A DNA stretch of 32,783 nucleotides from Candidatus Parcubacteria bacterium (lineage in GTDB: Bacteria; Patescibacteriota; Minisyncoccia; Phycocordibacterales; UBA918), in NCBI GenBank assembly GCA_046050355.1, contig JBJOPW010000013.1:1-32783 (forward strand), in the 5' to 3' direction. The notes under the pieces are model-generated. The model saw only the letters and a program-made list of their open reading frames with translations, made no database searches and was not told the origin of the DNA. Both the position numbers and the translations under genes were made by a program. How positions within the stretch are numbered: the first letter of the stretch is position 1; every line of letters starts with the position of its first letter. Positions 9,483-18,644 of this stretch are shown piece after piece.

Positions 9483-10226
9483 TTATAACAAATCAATGTT
9501 TGGTATTGCCTTCTTAAATAATGGTGGCCCTAGGTAAGTACGCCATTTTTCGTAAAGGAGTGCGGTCGCAAGGAGATCATAAGTGTTGTAGGTGGCAATC
9601 TCACGAAAGCGTTTTTGTTCATACAATGCCCGGACATCGTCCCCGCCTACCCCATGACTCTTCGGACTCTCTATCCCGTAGGCTCGGCAAAACAGATGAA
9701 GGTTCGGCCGCTTTCCCATCGCACCATAAAATGTCAGTTGATCCTCGAGGTCAACGTGATACGGCGGTACTTGTTGTGTCAGGTAGCGGTAGCGCATGAG
9801 GTCGACGGTCGGCACCACCCCACAGGCAACACTGCGGTGCATGAGAAATGGCATATCAAACATCCGCCCATTAAATGTCACAATCGTTTCGTACTGCCGC
9901 ACCCCATCCCAGAACTCTGCAAGCATCCCAACTTCTGTCCTCGCACGATACCAAAAGGAACCAATTCGCTCGTCTGCTTCTTCTCCATTATTCTGGTAGT
10001 AGACCGTCCCCTGCTTCCGCTCTAAGTCATAAACGCCAAGTGCTACAATAAAACCTGTCAGTGGCGAAAAGCCAAGTCCAGACTGGATATCCGCGAGTTT
10101 CGCCTGATACTCTTCCTCGTCAGTCGTTGTCTTACGGAGCCAGCGCGTCAGTACGTCTTTGGTTACCGCATCAAAACTGTCCCATGCCTCCCCTACCGTT
10201 TCGATGTCGATAATGAGAGTAGACAT
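9483..10226 (-). CDS. RNase H-fold 3'-5' exonuclease related to the PolB proofreading domain
   Basis: ExoI IDIETV, ExoII TFNG..FD.PF, HVDL, ExoIII Y...D. Confidence 0.85.
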   Translation of the reverse strand: MSTLIIDIETVGEAWDSFDAVTKDVLTRWLRKTTTDEEEYQAKLADIQSGLGFSPLTGFIVALGVYDLERKQGTVYYQNNGEEADERIGSFWYRARTEVGMLAEFWDGVRQYETIVTFNGRMFDMPFLMHRSVACGVVPTVDLMRYRYLTQQVPPYHVDLEDQLTFYGAMGKRPNLHLFCRAYGIESPKSHGVGGDDVRALYEQKRFREIATYNTYDLLATALLYEKWRTYLGPPLFKKAIPNIDLL

Positions 10227-10232
10227 ATGGTT

Positions 10233-10994
10233 TTAGTTAATCGTGGTAGGACTCGCCGCAAAACACGTAATGAGCCCTGGACGCTCAACATCAAGCACAT
10301 ACCGATACTGTCCACCGACTATTGCCCCACCACACGCATCAGTCGCGACTGGGCTTGGTCCATAGATCGGAAAACCATCAAGTGAGTATCCAACGAGACT
10401 ATCGCCGCCAAAGACGGTGTAGAGCGCAAGTTCATTATTACGAATGAGTGACCCATCAGTGGCAATACCAATGATGTCAGTTGGGAGACAGGTACCAGTG
10501 CCAGACGGCCAGCTGCGTAGTGAGATCACTGTCCGGATGGTTTCGGGAGTGGTGGAAGATAGTGCGTTAGCCACACCACGTTCAAAGTAGACACGGGCAC
10601 CTTCACGATTCTCAGCCACAATTTGTTGTGGTGTCCATGCGAGAGTAAGTGTGCGATACCCGGCACAAGTTTTTACGGTCGCTACTGCAGTCGGTGTGGT
10701 CGTAGCCGCAGGTGCTGTTGGTTCGGTTGGTTCTGGCTCTGGTTCACTTTCAGTTACCTGATTGTCACCCAGTCGTGCCATCACTTTCGCACGTAACGTC
10801 TCGAGGCGACCAGTGCGATTGTCTTCTGGCGTCGGCACATCGGCGGCATAATCAACCTCAGCGGTATTGTCTTCCAAAAAACTGCCAACCAGTGGCAGAG
10901 ACCGCCACTTGTGCCAAAGTTCAGTCCCCATAATCGCCAATAGCAACACTGCTACCGAGAGAAGAAATAGCACAAAATCACGAGTGCGTACCAT
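10233..10994 (-). CDS. Membrane-anchored protein with a degenerate YHYH-like C-terminal domain
   Basis: N-terminal TM, Pro/Thr linker, then IGIATDG, VGYSLDGFPIYGP and DACGG motifs resembling YHYH proteins. Confidence 0.6.
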   Translation of the reverse strand: MVRTRDFVLFLLSVAVLLLAIMGTELWHKWRSLPLVGSFLEDNTAEVDYAADVPTPEDNRTGRLETLRAKVMARLGDNQVTESEPEPEPTEPTAPAATTTPTAVATVKTCAGYRTLTLAWTPQQIVAENREGARVYFERGVANALSSTTPETIRTVISLRSWPSGTGTCLPTDIIGIATDGSLIRNNELALYTVFGGDSLVGYSLDGFPIYGPSPVATDACGGAIVGGQYRYVLDVERPGLITCFAASPTTIN

Positions 10995-11058
10995 ACTCCC
11001 CCATCATACCAAACCAGGGCGGGCTTACGCCCGCCTCCGTCCCCACTATCACAAGTCC

Positions 11059-11940
11059 CTATTTGCTATCGGCGAGAATAATTTTAGTGATTGCCTCTCC
11101 AACGTTAATACCTGTTGCTCGTTCAAAACCTTCATAACCAGGACGATTATTGATTTCAAAAAAGAGTGGTCCTCTTTCACTACGAACAATATCAACTCCA
11201 GCAAATCCCTGACCCAAAACCGCACAGGCTCGTAAGCTCAATGCATGCTCCTCATCAGTAATGGTGATTGGTTCAACATCAGCGCCTTTGCTCGCATTGT
11301 TATAAAATCCATCCGCACTCTTTCTCGCCATAGCACCAAGGAGTCTTCCGTTGAAGTACAAGGCTCGGATATCAAAGTGATTCGGAATAAACTCTTGGAG
11401 AATAAATAAATCACCCCATCCCACCAACTCTAGCTTTGATTCAATCTCCGCCCAAGAGTCCACCTTCCAGACTGATGAACCTTTAGAGCCGGTCTTTTTG
11501 AGAACGAGCGGATAGCTCGCGCTAGTATTTTCTAGAATAGCAGGCACATACTTGGCTGAATTTTTGGAAAATACGTAGGTATGCGGAATTGGTAGTTGGT
11601 GTAAGGTGAAATCAACCATCTGCGTGATTTTTCCATCATTGTGGGTGAACTCTACTCCGGTCGAAGAACCGAAGATTGGGACCTGGGCCTGCTTAAGGAG
11701 ACGCACGAGTAGACTAGTCATATGCGCCTGGACACCACGACCGCGCAAAATAGCCCAGTCTGCTTTCAGGTTTATACTTGTACCCTGCTCAAACACCGTC
11801 ACCGCACCGTTTTTCAAAAACAAAACCATTTCAGAAGCTTGGAGTGGTCGCAACGACGCCTCAGCCGACACCAACACCCGCTCGATATCGAGAACGAGCT
11901 TTGCATCTTCTTTACTAAAATTTATTCCAAGGACATCCAT
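11059..11940 (-). CDS. RimK-family ATP-grasp ligase
   Basis: PLVLKKTGSKGSSV, ILQEFIP..DIR, NNASKG, AGVDIV, FEINNRPG. Confidence 0.85.
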   Translation of the reverse strand: MDVLGINFSKEDAKLVLDIERVLVSAEASLRPLQASEMVLFLKNGAVTVFEQGTSINLKADWAILRGRGVQAHMTSLLVRLLKQAQVPIFGSSTGVEFTHNDGKITQMVDFTLHQLPIPHTYVFSKNSAKYVPAILENTSASYPLVLKKTGSKGSSVWKVDSWAEIESKLELVGWGDLFILQEFIPNHFDIRALYFNGRLLGAMARKSADGFYNNASKGADVEPITITDEEHALSLRACAVLGQGFAGVDIVRSERGPLFFEINNRPGYEGFERATGINVGEAITKIILADSK

Positions 11941-11941
11941 A

Positions 11942-13222
11942 TTATTCGATTGTTATACTAACCAACTCTTCAACTCGGCGCACATCAGCCAATAATTGTG
12001 CCCGATCTTGGTGCGCTAAAATGATACTTAGTACCGACTTACCACCATGCTTGGCAAATATATTTTTGTCACCCGCTTTTTTACCTTGACCTAAAGACAC
12101 AAAGGACGGCAGGGTCTTAATTTTAGCCACACCAGCAACGCGTTTAATAACGCCTTCGGTTTTTCCATAGATACGCATGGCTGCTGCCGTCTTTAGTGTT
12201 TTCTTTGGCAATATTGGTTTCTTGCCCATACGAATCAAGATATCGTTCATAATGTGATTGATATCGTGCGTATGTTTATGCAAGGTCATTCGAAATCCAC
12301 CTACCCGTGCACCGATTTCAATGATTTTCCAATCATTATCAATTCGCATCAGCTCAATGTGTGCCGTAACACTACGCAGACCAAGCGCATAGATACCTTT
12401 ACGGGCCACCTCTTCTGCTTTTTCAATACTTTGTTTTGATAACTTTGGTGGTGAGATCTGGAGGTAGCCAAAAAAATCATCAAACCCAACCTCTTTACCA
12501 GTCTTTACTCGCACCATCGGACAAAAATGTACTTGCCCTTTAGGACTGACGTACGCATCTACCGAATACATGAGTCCATCCATAAACTCCTCAACGATAA
12601 TCTTTGACTCTTCTGTACGACCATGAGCCGTGTATATTTTTTGAATGTCTGCAAAACCTTTGCGCAATGTCTTTTTTAGCTCATCTTCGTGATAACACAC
12701 ACTGACCATCAAAGACTGGGTTAGATTGGTTGGTTTTACTACCATCGGAAAACCTATCTTCGCAATAACACGCTCGCGCTCTTCATCTGAAGCATCTTTA
12801 ACAAGTGCATATCGTGGTGTGATACTTTTGTCGTACGCCATAAATCGCCGGCGCATTTGCAGCTTATCACTTGCCCATTTCAACGATTCTGTTGTTGGTG
12901 TTGAGAGATACGGCACGTTTGGTACCACCGCAATAAAATCAGTCATAGTTGATTCACTGCGTGTGGTTACTGCCACTATCTCTTTTCGGTATGGTAGCAA
13001 TGCTCGCTCTATCTCTTCTGATCGAGTAAAGTCAATCTCCAAAAAAATATCTAAATCAGGAAACTTCTTCAACGGAAAACGATGATTACGTTGCTTGTTT
13101 TGCAACAACATAATGCGATATTTTTTTCCAGACTGCGCTTCGTAGGCACGAACAGCATTAATCATGCCTCTGGAAATATCAGACACAAATAAAATAATAT
13201 TTTTTTGAGACCTTTTTTTCAT
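11942..13222 (-). CDS. ATP-grasp domain protein (L-amino-acid ligase/carnosine synthase-like)
   Basis: DKLQMR, FPMVVKP, IVEEFMDG..YSVD, HIELM, IIEIGARVGG. Confidence 0.85.
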   Translation of the reverse strand: MKKRSQKNIILFVSDISRGMINAVRAYEAQSGKKYRIMLLQNKQRNHRFPLKKFPDLDIFLEIDFTRSEEIERALLPYRKEIVAVTTRSESTMTDFIAVVPNVPYLSTPTTESLKWASDKLQMRRRFMAYDKSITPRYALVKDASDEERERVIAKIGFPMVVKPTNLTQSLMVSVCYHEDELKKTLRKGFADIQKIYTAHGRTEESKIIVEEFMDGLMYSVDAYVSPKGQVHFCPMVRVKTGKEVGFDDFFGYLQISPPKLSKQSIEKAEEVARKGIYALGLRSVTAHIELMRIDNDWKIIEIGARVGGFRMTLHKHTHDINHIMNDILIRMGKKPILPKKTLKTAAAMRIYGKTEGVIKRVAGVAKIKTLPSFVSLGQGKKAGDKNIFAKHGGKSVLSIILAHQDRAQLLADVRRVEELVSITIE

Positions 13223-13413
13223 ATTGGTTGCGACTAGAGGAAAAGAAGTTCACGCAAAATAATGACTGGGAGGAGAAAACGTGAGCAAACTTTATATCAC
13301 AAAAGCGATATTTTGTCGATAGCTGCCAGACTAGCTAAAATTAACGCTCCTGAAATACCTATACATTTCAAAAAAAAGCTGTACTATGACCAGATTATCT
13401 CTACTCCAGTTTT

Positions 13414-14286
13414 ATGCATAATCCTCCCCGCATTGGTGTTATTACTAATTTCACCCACGGCCAGTCTTACCGTGACCTCAAAAAGAGTGCCAAATCCCTC
13501 GGCGTCGTATTTGAACAAATCGCCGTTCCATACCTTGATTTATCGAATTTTACTACCAGTGAACTCGTGCGTACGGCACTCACCTACGACGCTGTGTACT
13601 ACCGTACCGGACTTCGGGATACTGCACTTGATCATCTAACCAGCATATTAGCTGCGGCCCATATACCGTTCATCAATGGCTCACGGCATGCCGGAAGTCA
13701 TCGCAAAGTACAGCAGGCACTGATTGCAGAACTCCATGGGATTCCCCAGCCAAAAAGCATGAGCATGACCAAACCATCATACGAAATACTATCAAAGCGC
13801 TTGGGTACCAGTTTTGTTGCCAAACCCGACTTTGGTGCACACGGCACCGATGTGCAAATCATTAACTCTGCTGCCGAGCTTACCAGCCTATGCGAAACGA
13901 ATTCATACGATCGCCATATATTTCAAGAATTGATTAGTGACGCCGACGAGTACCGTATCTATATGCTTGGCAATCAATACATTGCGAGTTACAAAAAAGT
14001 CCCGGGTGCCAATGACTTCCGAGCCAATCTTCACGCTGGCGGCACTATGATTGCAACCGAACCAGAACGAGTGTCCTTACTTGCCCGTTTTGGCACCGAA
14101 GTAGCCGAAGCCTTTCAAGCAGATATCGCTGGGCTTGATGTATTTGTAAAAGATAATCAGTGCATCTTCCTTGAACTCAACTGGCAGCCAGGTTGGGAAA
14201 ATCTCGACGCTATTACTGGTACCAAATTCAGCAATGAAACAATTAATTACATTGTCGACCTCATCCATAAACACAACGCGAAATAA
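13414..14286 (+). CDS. RimK-family ATP-grasp ligase
   Basis: FVAKPDFGAHG..V, IFQELI, EYRIY, FRANLHAGG, AGLDV, FLELNWQPG. Confidence 0.85.
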   Translation: MHNPPRIGVITNFTHGQSYRDLKKSAKSLGVVFEQIAVPYLDLSNFTTSELVRTALTYDAVYYRTGLRDTALDHLTSILAAAHIPFINGSRHAGSHRKVQQALIAELHGIPQPKSMSMTKPSYEILSKRLGTSFVAKPDFGAHGTDVQIINSAAELTSLCETNSYDRHIFQELISDADEYRIYMLGNQYIASYKKVPGANDFRANLHAGGTMIATEPERVSLLARFGTEVAEAFQADIAGLDVFVKDNQCIFLELNWQPGWENLDAITGTKFSNETINYIVDLIHKHNAK

Positions 14287-14293
14287 GTCACAC

Positions 14294-14330
14294 AAATAAA
14301 AACCGCCTTCACTTCAGGCGGTTTTTATTT
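14294..14330. terminator. Bidirectional intrinsic terminator
   Basis: AAATAAAAACCGCCT-loop-AGGCGGTTTTTATTT between convergent genes. Confidence 0.85.
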
Positions 14331-14341
14331 GTCTTGGTCAA

Positions 14342-15067
14342 CTAAATCCCAAACTGTACTGCTGGAGTCGCTTCTACCTCAACGGCACCTTCGGCGGCTG
14401 GAGCACCCATACCACCAGTGACATCTACTGACGGATCAATCGCATTGATAATCTGAGTACGGAATTCGTCAAAAGTCTCAAATTTCATTGGTTGACCATT
14501 AAGGAGGAAGGATGGTGTACCCGTAAAGCCAGCGTCACGCGCTTCTCCAAACTGTGATTGGATGTGGCTGCGGAGAATACTTGAGCGCTGGACGCGGGTG
14601 AACTCATCGATATCGAGCCCGACTTCGTTCGCATATTGGAGGAAGAATTGCGCTGGGTTGGTACTGTTTGACCAGGTACCCTGATTCTCAAAAAGCAGGT
14701 CATGGTATTCGAAGAACTTCCCCTGCTGCCCCGCTGCCTCAGCTGCTCGAGCGGCCGGTTCGGCAAGACGGTGGATTTGTGAGAGTGGGAAGTGACGGTA
14801 TTCAAACGAGAGCTGGTCTCCATATTCGTCAACAATCTCCTTTACGACCCCATGGAACTGCGCACAAGCCGGACACTGGAAGTCACTGTATTCAACGAGC
14901 TTCACTTGGGCATCGGGATTACCTTTGATATGCGCCTTGACCTCTACACCAGCGTTGTAGGCATCATTCGCTCCAGCTGAGTACCAAACAGCACCCCCAA
15001 TAAGAAGGACGAATATAACGCCGACAATAACCCATGGATTTTTCAACCCGTTAGAAGTACTAGACAT
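14342..15067 (-). CDS. dsbA: Membrane-anchored DsbA-family thiol-disulfide oxidoreductase
   Basis: N-terminal TM, EYSDFQCPAC, YRHFPL, GTPSF cis-Pro loop. Confidence 0.9.
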   Translation of the reverse strand: MSSTSNGLKNPWVIVGVIFVLLIGGAVWYSAGANDAYNAGVEVKAHIKGNPDAQVKLVEYSDFQCPACAQFHGVVKEIVDEYGDQLSFEYRHFPLSQIHRLAEPAARAAEAAGQQGKFFEYHDLLFENQGTWSNSTNPAQFFLQYANEVGLDIDEFTRVQRSSILRSHIQSQFGEARDAGFTGTPSFLLNGQPMKFETFDEFRTQIINAIDPSVDVTGGMGAPAAEGAVEVEATPAVQFGI

Positions 15068-15179
15068 AAAGATTATAAAACACTGAAAACTAAAGATAAA
15101 ACCCTATAGATAACTTCTAATGGGTTTCATATGGTCGTATTGTACCAGAGGTAGCCACGCTGAGCGACGCTCTCTACAC

Positions 15180-15208
15180 TTGTAAAAGTGTTATTTTTAT
15201 GCCATAAT
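15180..15208 (+). promoter_or_regulatory. Sigma70-type promoter
   Basis: TTGTAA (15180-15185), 17-bp spacer ending TGc, CATAAT (15203-15208). Confidence 0.7.
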
Positions 15209-15214
15209 CTTGCC

Positions 15215-15330
15215 ATCGTCTATTCTAGACCTTACTTGGATACGTAGAAACTGAATATTCGGGTTCCAGCGATTCGCCCTAGGAAGGGGCGAATCGGGAA
15301 CGAAGTTCGTAATAGTCACTACGTTCGTTT
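15215..15330 (+). ncRNA. Candidate structured RNA or 5' leader (family unassigned)
   Basis: Small hairpin GTCTA/TAGAC followed by a long nested stem: ACGTAG/CTACGT, TTCG/CGAA, TTCC/GGAA, CGATTCGCCC/GGGCGAATCG. Confidence 0.45.
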
Positions 15331-15339
15331 ACTCACTTC

Positions 15340-16080
15340 ATGGCAAAACGACCCTTCATCCGCAAACAAAAGCGCAAACAACATGGCGCGACTTTTTGGG
15401 ATAACGAGTACAAAAACGCCAACCACTTGAAGCTCTCGACCGACCACAGTGCCGACCTTGAGAAGTTTACCCGCTGGCTCCCCAGAGCAGGACGTGAGGA
15501 TGTCCTCACTCCAGGCTCTTCAGCACTTGATGTTGGTTGTGGCAATGGGCGCAACCTCATTTTCCTCGCCCGCCAGTTTGGCATGAGCGGCGTCGGGTAC
15601 GACATCTCAACCGCTGCGGTAGCGCAGGCCAAAGTCGCCTCGACCGGGCTCCCTATCATCTATGAAGCCAGATCTATCGCTGGCCTCATCACCTTGCCTG
15701 ACCAGTCCCAATCATTAGTCCTTGATATGATGTCGTCACACTTCCTCTCCGCTGCTGAACGACAAGTACTTCGTGACGAAATTTTTCGTGTCCTAAAACC
15801 AGGCGGATTTCTGTTTATGAAAACCTTCCTCGCTGACGGGGACCTCCACACCCGTCGCCTCCTCAAAGACGCGCCGGCGGAAGAGGAGAATACCTACATC
15901 CACCCAGTTATTGGTGTGCCTGAATATGTCTATACCGAAGAAGCGCTCACTGAGTTCCTGGGTGAAAAATTCATCATCCACAAAATCTACCGTTCACACA
16001 AACACGTACTCCGTGGACGTGCTCGCAAACGACGAACCATCTCTCTCTATGTCGAAAAAGACTGGGGACGTCAACGCTAG
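15340..16080 (+). CDS. Class I SAM-dependent methyltransferase
   Basis: ALDVGCGNGRN motif I, GYDIS..AV, RVLKPGG. Confidence 0.9.
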   Translation: MAKRPFIRKQKRKQHGATFWDNEYKNANHLKLSTDHSADLEKFTRWLPRAGREDVLTPGSSALDVGCGNGRNLIFLARQFGMSGVGYDISTAAVAQAKVASTGLPIIYEARSIAGLITLPDQSQSLVLDMMSSHFLSAAERQVLRDEIFRVLKPGGFLFMKTFLADGDLHTRRLLKDAPAEEENTYIHPVIGVPEYVYTEEALTEFLGEKFIIHKIYRSHKHVLRGRARKRRTISLYVEKDWGRQR

Positions 16081-16096
16081 GCAATAGAGTGTTCAA

Positions 16097-16357
16097 CTAC
16101 TGGGCCTCTACCCCTTCATCAAAGACGGGCCACTCCATACCAGCGTCATTAGGTCCAGCACTTGGTGTAGAGGTATCGGTATTTGTCTTGGGGGTACTCG
16201 ACGCTTCTACTTTATCAACTAGAGCCGTGGTGCTCGTTGGGGCTGGTATGACTTCAGTTACTACTGCTGCCGGAATGTCCGTTTCGCGTGATAACGAATA
16301 GATGTAATACGCACATGCCAGAATGATCAAACTTTGAATCACGAGAATGATTTTCAT
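16097..16357 (-). CDS. Small membrane-anchored hypothetical protein
   Basis: N-terminal TM, Thr/Ser/Pro-rich linker, C-terminal GPNDAGMEWP. Confidence 0.7.
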   Translation of the reverse strand: MKIILVIQSLIILACAYYIYSLSRETDIPAAVVTEVIPAPTSTTALVDKVEASSTPKTNTDTSTPSAGPNDAGMEWPVFDEGVEAQ

Positions 16358-16375
16358 ATGCTAGTATAGTACCAT

Positions 16376-16747
16376 ATGAAATTCATTGCCAAACAGTACC
16401 GTCGACTCGGTTTTGCAGTGAACGGGATCCGCTACGCCATCCGTACTGACAAAAGCTTTCGGTTACAGTGGTACGGGATTGGAAGTGTTATCGCGTTTGC
16501 AATTGTTATCCTCACGCCAGTCTCAAACACCGAACTCCTATTTCTTCTCCTTGCCTACTTCCTTATTCTTATTACCGAACTCCAGAACTCGGCCCTGGAG
16601 TACGCCCTTGATCATCTCCACCCCGAAACCCATGACAACATCGGACGCAGTAAGGATATGGCCGCTGGCGCAGTGCTCCTTGCCGGTATCTTCTTAGTTA
16701 TTGTTCTTGGAACGATGCTGTACGTGAGATTTTTTACTGGCGTGTAA
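16376..16747 (+). CDS. dgkA: DgkA-family diacylglycerol/undecaprenol kinase
   Basis: FAVNGI..A, TELQNSALE..LD, KDMAAGAVL. Confidence 0.9.
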   Translation: MKFIAKQYRRLGFAVNGIRYAIRTDKSFRLQWYGIGSVIAFAIVILTPVSNTELLFLLLAYFLILITELQNSALEYALDHLHPETHDNIGRSKDMAAGAVLLAGIFLVIVLGTMLYVRFFTGV

Positions 16748-17989
16748 GCCAGCTACGAACCCAGTTGTCCAGGCCAACTGAAGACTATAACCACCTGATG
16801 GTCGATTAATATCAAGCACATCCCCCACCACAAAAAGCCCCGGTATGATACGCGATTCCATAGTCCGGAAATCAATCTCCGACAGGGCTACACCTCCCGA
16901 GGTAACTACCGCTTTGTCTGCTCCGAGTAGATGCGAAACGGTTAGTGAAAAACATTTTGTTACTTGCACCAAGGCACGACGCATGCCTATCGTTACACTA
17001 TGGCCCGGTGTATGGGGATCAACCTGCGCTAGCGCAAGTATCGGGGCAACAAGTGCACCCGGTACGAGCCCACTCCACTGATTTTGGATATGTTTGTTGG
17101 GTGCAGCCATGATGCGCTCAAGGAGCAAGTCTTCAAGAACATCACTCGGTAGCGACGGCGTAAGGTCGAGTCCAATTTCAACCGTATCAGTAGTGAGGGC
17201 ATCACCAATTACCTGGCTCATATTCAAAATTCCCGGCCCGCTCAGACCAATATGTGTAAAGAGCACCTTTCCCTTACCCTTTTGGAGCACCCTACCAGCT
17301 TGTCTGATTATAATTCCGGCTTCTTTGAGCGCCACTCCACTGAGACGTTTCGTAAGCGTCGTTTCTTTAACCGCCACCGGCACCAGTGCGACTTGAGGCG
17401 TGTTGATGGTGTGCCCAAGCGATGCAAGCCACGGTAACGCATCACCACTCGAGCCGGTTTCTGGTCGCGAGAGACCTCCGGTCGCAATGAGCACTTGTCG
17501 TGCCAGCATTACCTCCCCAGAAGTTAGTCCCATTGCAAAAGATTGCGCCTGTGGCTTCACCGTTAAAACAGCAGCATTGGTGCGGATTGTTACTCCCGCC
17601 TGTTTTACTGCCGCAATCAGGGCTTCGGTTACGGCTACCGCACTTTGACTAACCGGAAAAACCCGCGCTTCCGCCTCTACTACTGTTGCTACACCAATGT
17701 CGTCAAACCATGCGCGGGTTTCTTTCACCCCAAATTGTGCGAATGGTGAAAAAAGAAATTTGCCCGCTTCACCATAGCGAGATAATAACGCCCGAACAGA
17801 TTCGGTATTATTTGTGATGTTACACCGACCACCGCCAGTGATTCTTAGTTTCTTACCAAGTATTCGATTTTTCTCAAGGAGCAAAACCTGGGCTCCGTTG
17901 CGAGCGGCTGTAGTAGCGGCGATAAGACCAGCCGCTCCACCACCAACGACCACCACATCATATAGCTGCTGATTACTCTGCTTCACCAT
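16694..17989 (-). CDS. HI0933/BaiN-family NAD(P)/FAD-dependent oxidoreductase
   Basis: VVGGGAAG, GKKLRITGGGRCNITN, ATGG.S.PETGSSGD, LFTH.GLSGP, VTSGGV, GGYSLQ.AW.TG. Start at ATG 17989, overlapping the DedA gene end. Confidence 0.92.
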   Translation of the reverse strand: MVKQSNQQLYDVVVVGGGAAGLIAATTAARNGAQVLLLEKNRILGKKLRITGGGRCNITNNTESVRALLSRYGEAGKFLFSPFAQFGVKETRAWFDDIGVATVVEAEARVFPVSQSAVAVTEALIAAVKQAGVTIRTNAAVLTVKPQAQSFAMGLTSGEVMLARQVLIATGGLSRPETGSSGDALPWLASLGHTINTPQVALVPVAVKETTLTKRLSGVALKEAGIIIRQAGRVLQKGKGKVLFTHIGLSGPGILNMSQVIGDALTTDTVEIGLDLTPSLPSDVLEDLLLERIMAAPNKHIQNQWSGLVPGALVAPILALAQVDPHTPGHSVTIGMRRALVQVTKCFSLTVSHLLGADKAVVTSGGVALSEIDFRTMESRIIPGLFVVGDVLDINRPSGGYSLQLAWTTGFVAGLHASKKSHVQHRSKNNN

Positions 17990-18593
17990 GACGGGCTCGG
18001 CGCCAGACAAAACGGCAAACCTGTAGTAGGTAGAGACCAATAAAGAGATAAATGATAATATCCGCAATTGGTGTCATATAACGTGAGACAAGAGTGTAAT
18101 CATCTAAAAAGACAAATCCTAACCCAATCAATATAATATTCCAAATCAGTGCCCCTAAGAATGAGAGCGCTAGAAAAACACTTGGTCGCATACGGACACA
18201 ACCGGCTGGAATTGAAATTATTGAACGCACTGCCGGAACCATACGGCCAAAAAAAACAGCCGGGAGTTCGTAGCGGGTAAACCACTTTGTTGCCTTGCGA
18301 AAATCTCTCACATCAATAGCAACATAACCACCGTAGCGACGGAAAAAGCGTTCCAATACTGGTACTGAGACTACCCAACCGATCAAAAACCAAAGTGTGG
18401 TACCAAAAAGTGCACCCAGTGTGGCCACCAGTAAGGCTGGTAGCAGTGATAATTCACCACTAGCCGCCAAATGTCCAATAAACGGCAAAATCACCTCCGA
18501 TGGAATTGGCGGAAAGAGGTTTTCGGCCACCATGAGGACAAACACACCCAGGTACCCATTGGCGGTAATAAATGACAAAATTGCTTCAGCCAT
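17973..18593 (-). CDS. DedA-family membrane protein
   Basis: ENLFPPIPSEVILP and FFGRMVPAVRS.ISIPAG. Confidence 0.92.
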   Translation of the reverse strand: MAEAILSFITANGYLGVFVLMVAENLFPPIPSEVILPFIGHLAASGELSLLPALLVATLGALFGTTLWFLIGWVVSVPVLERFFRRYGGYVAIDVRDFRKATKWFTRYELPAVFFGRMVPAVRSIISIPAGCVRMRPSVFLALSFLGALIWNIILIGLGFVFLDDYTLVSRYMTPIADIIIYLFIGLYLLQVCRFVWRRARHGEAE

Positions 18594-18644
18594 ATAGTCC
18601 CTCGAGTATACCGAAGAATCGATAAAACTCCTAGCGGTGAGCTA

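Noticed and set aside
11059-14286. Graspetide (microviridin-type) RiPP cluster
   Set aside because: No precursor peptide with repeated cores is visible, and the ligase motifs are RimK/LAL-like.
15215-15330. Assignment as canonical SRP RNA or SAM-I riboswitch
   Set aside because: The SRP CAGG/AGCA symmetric loop and the SAM-I AUC...GAU/GCAACC core were not found, so the RNA is left unassigned.
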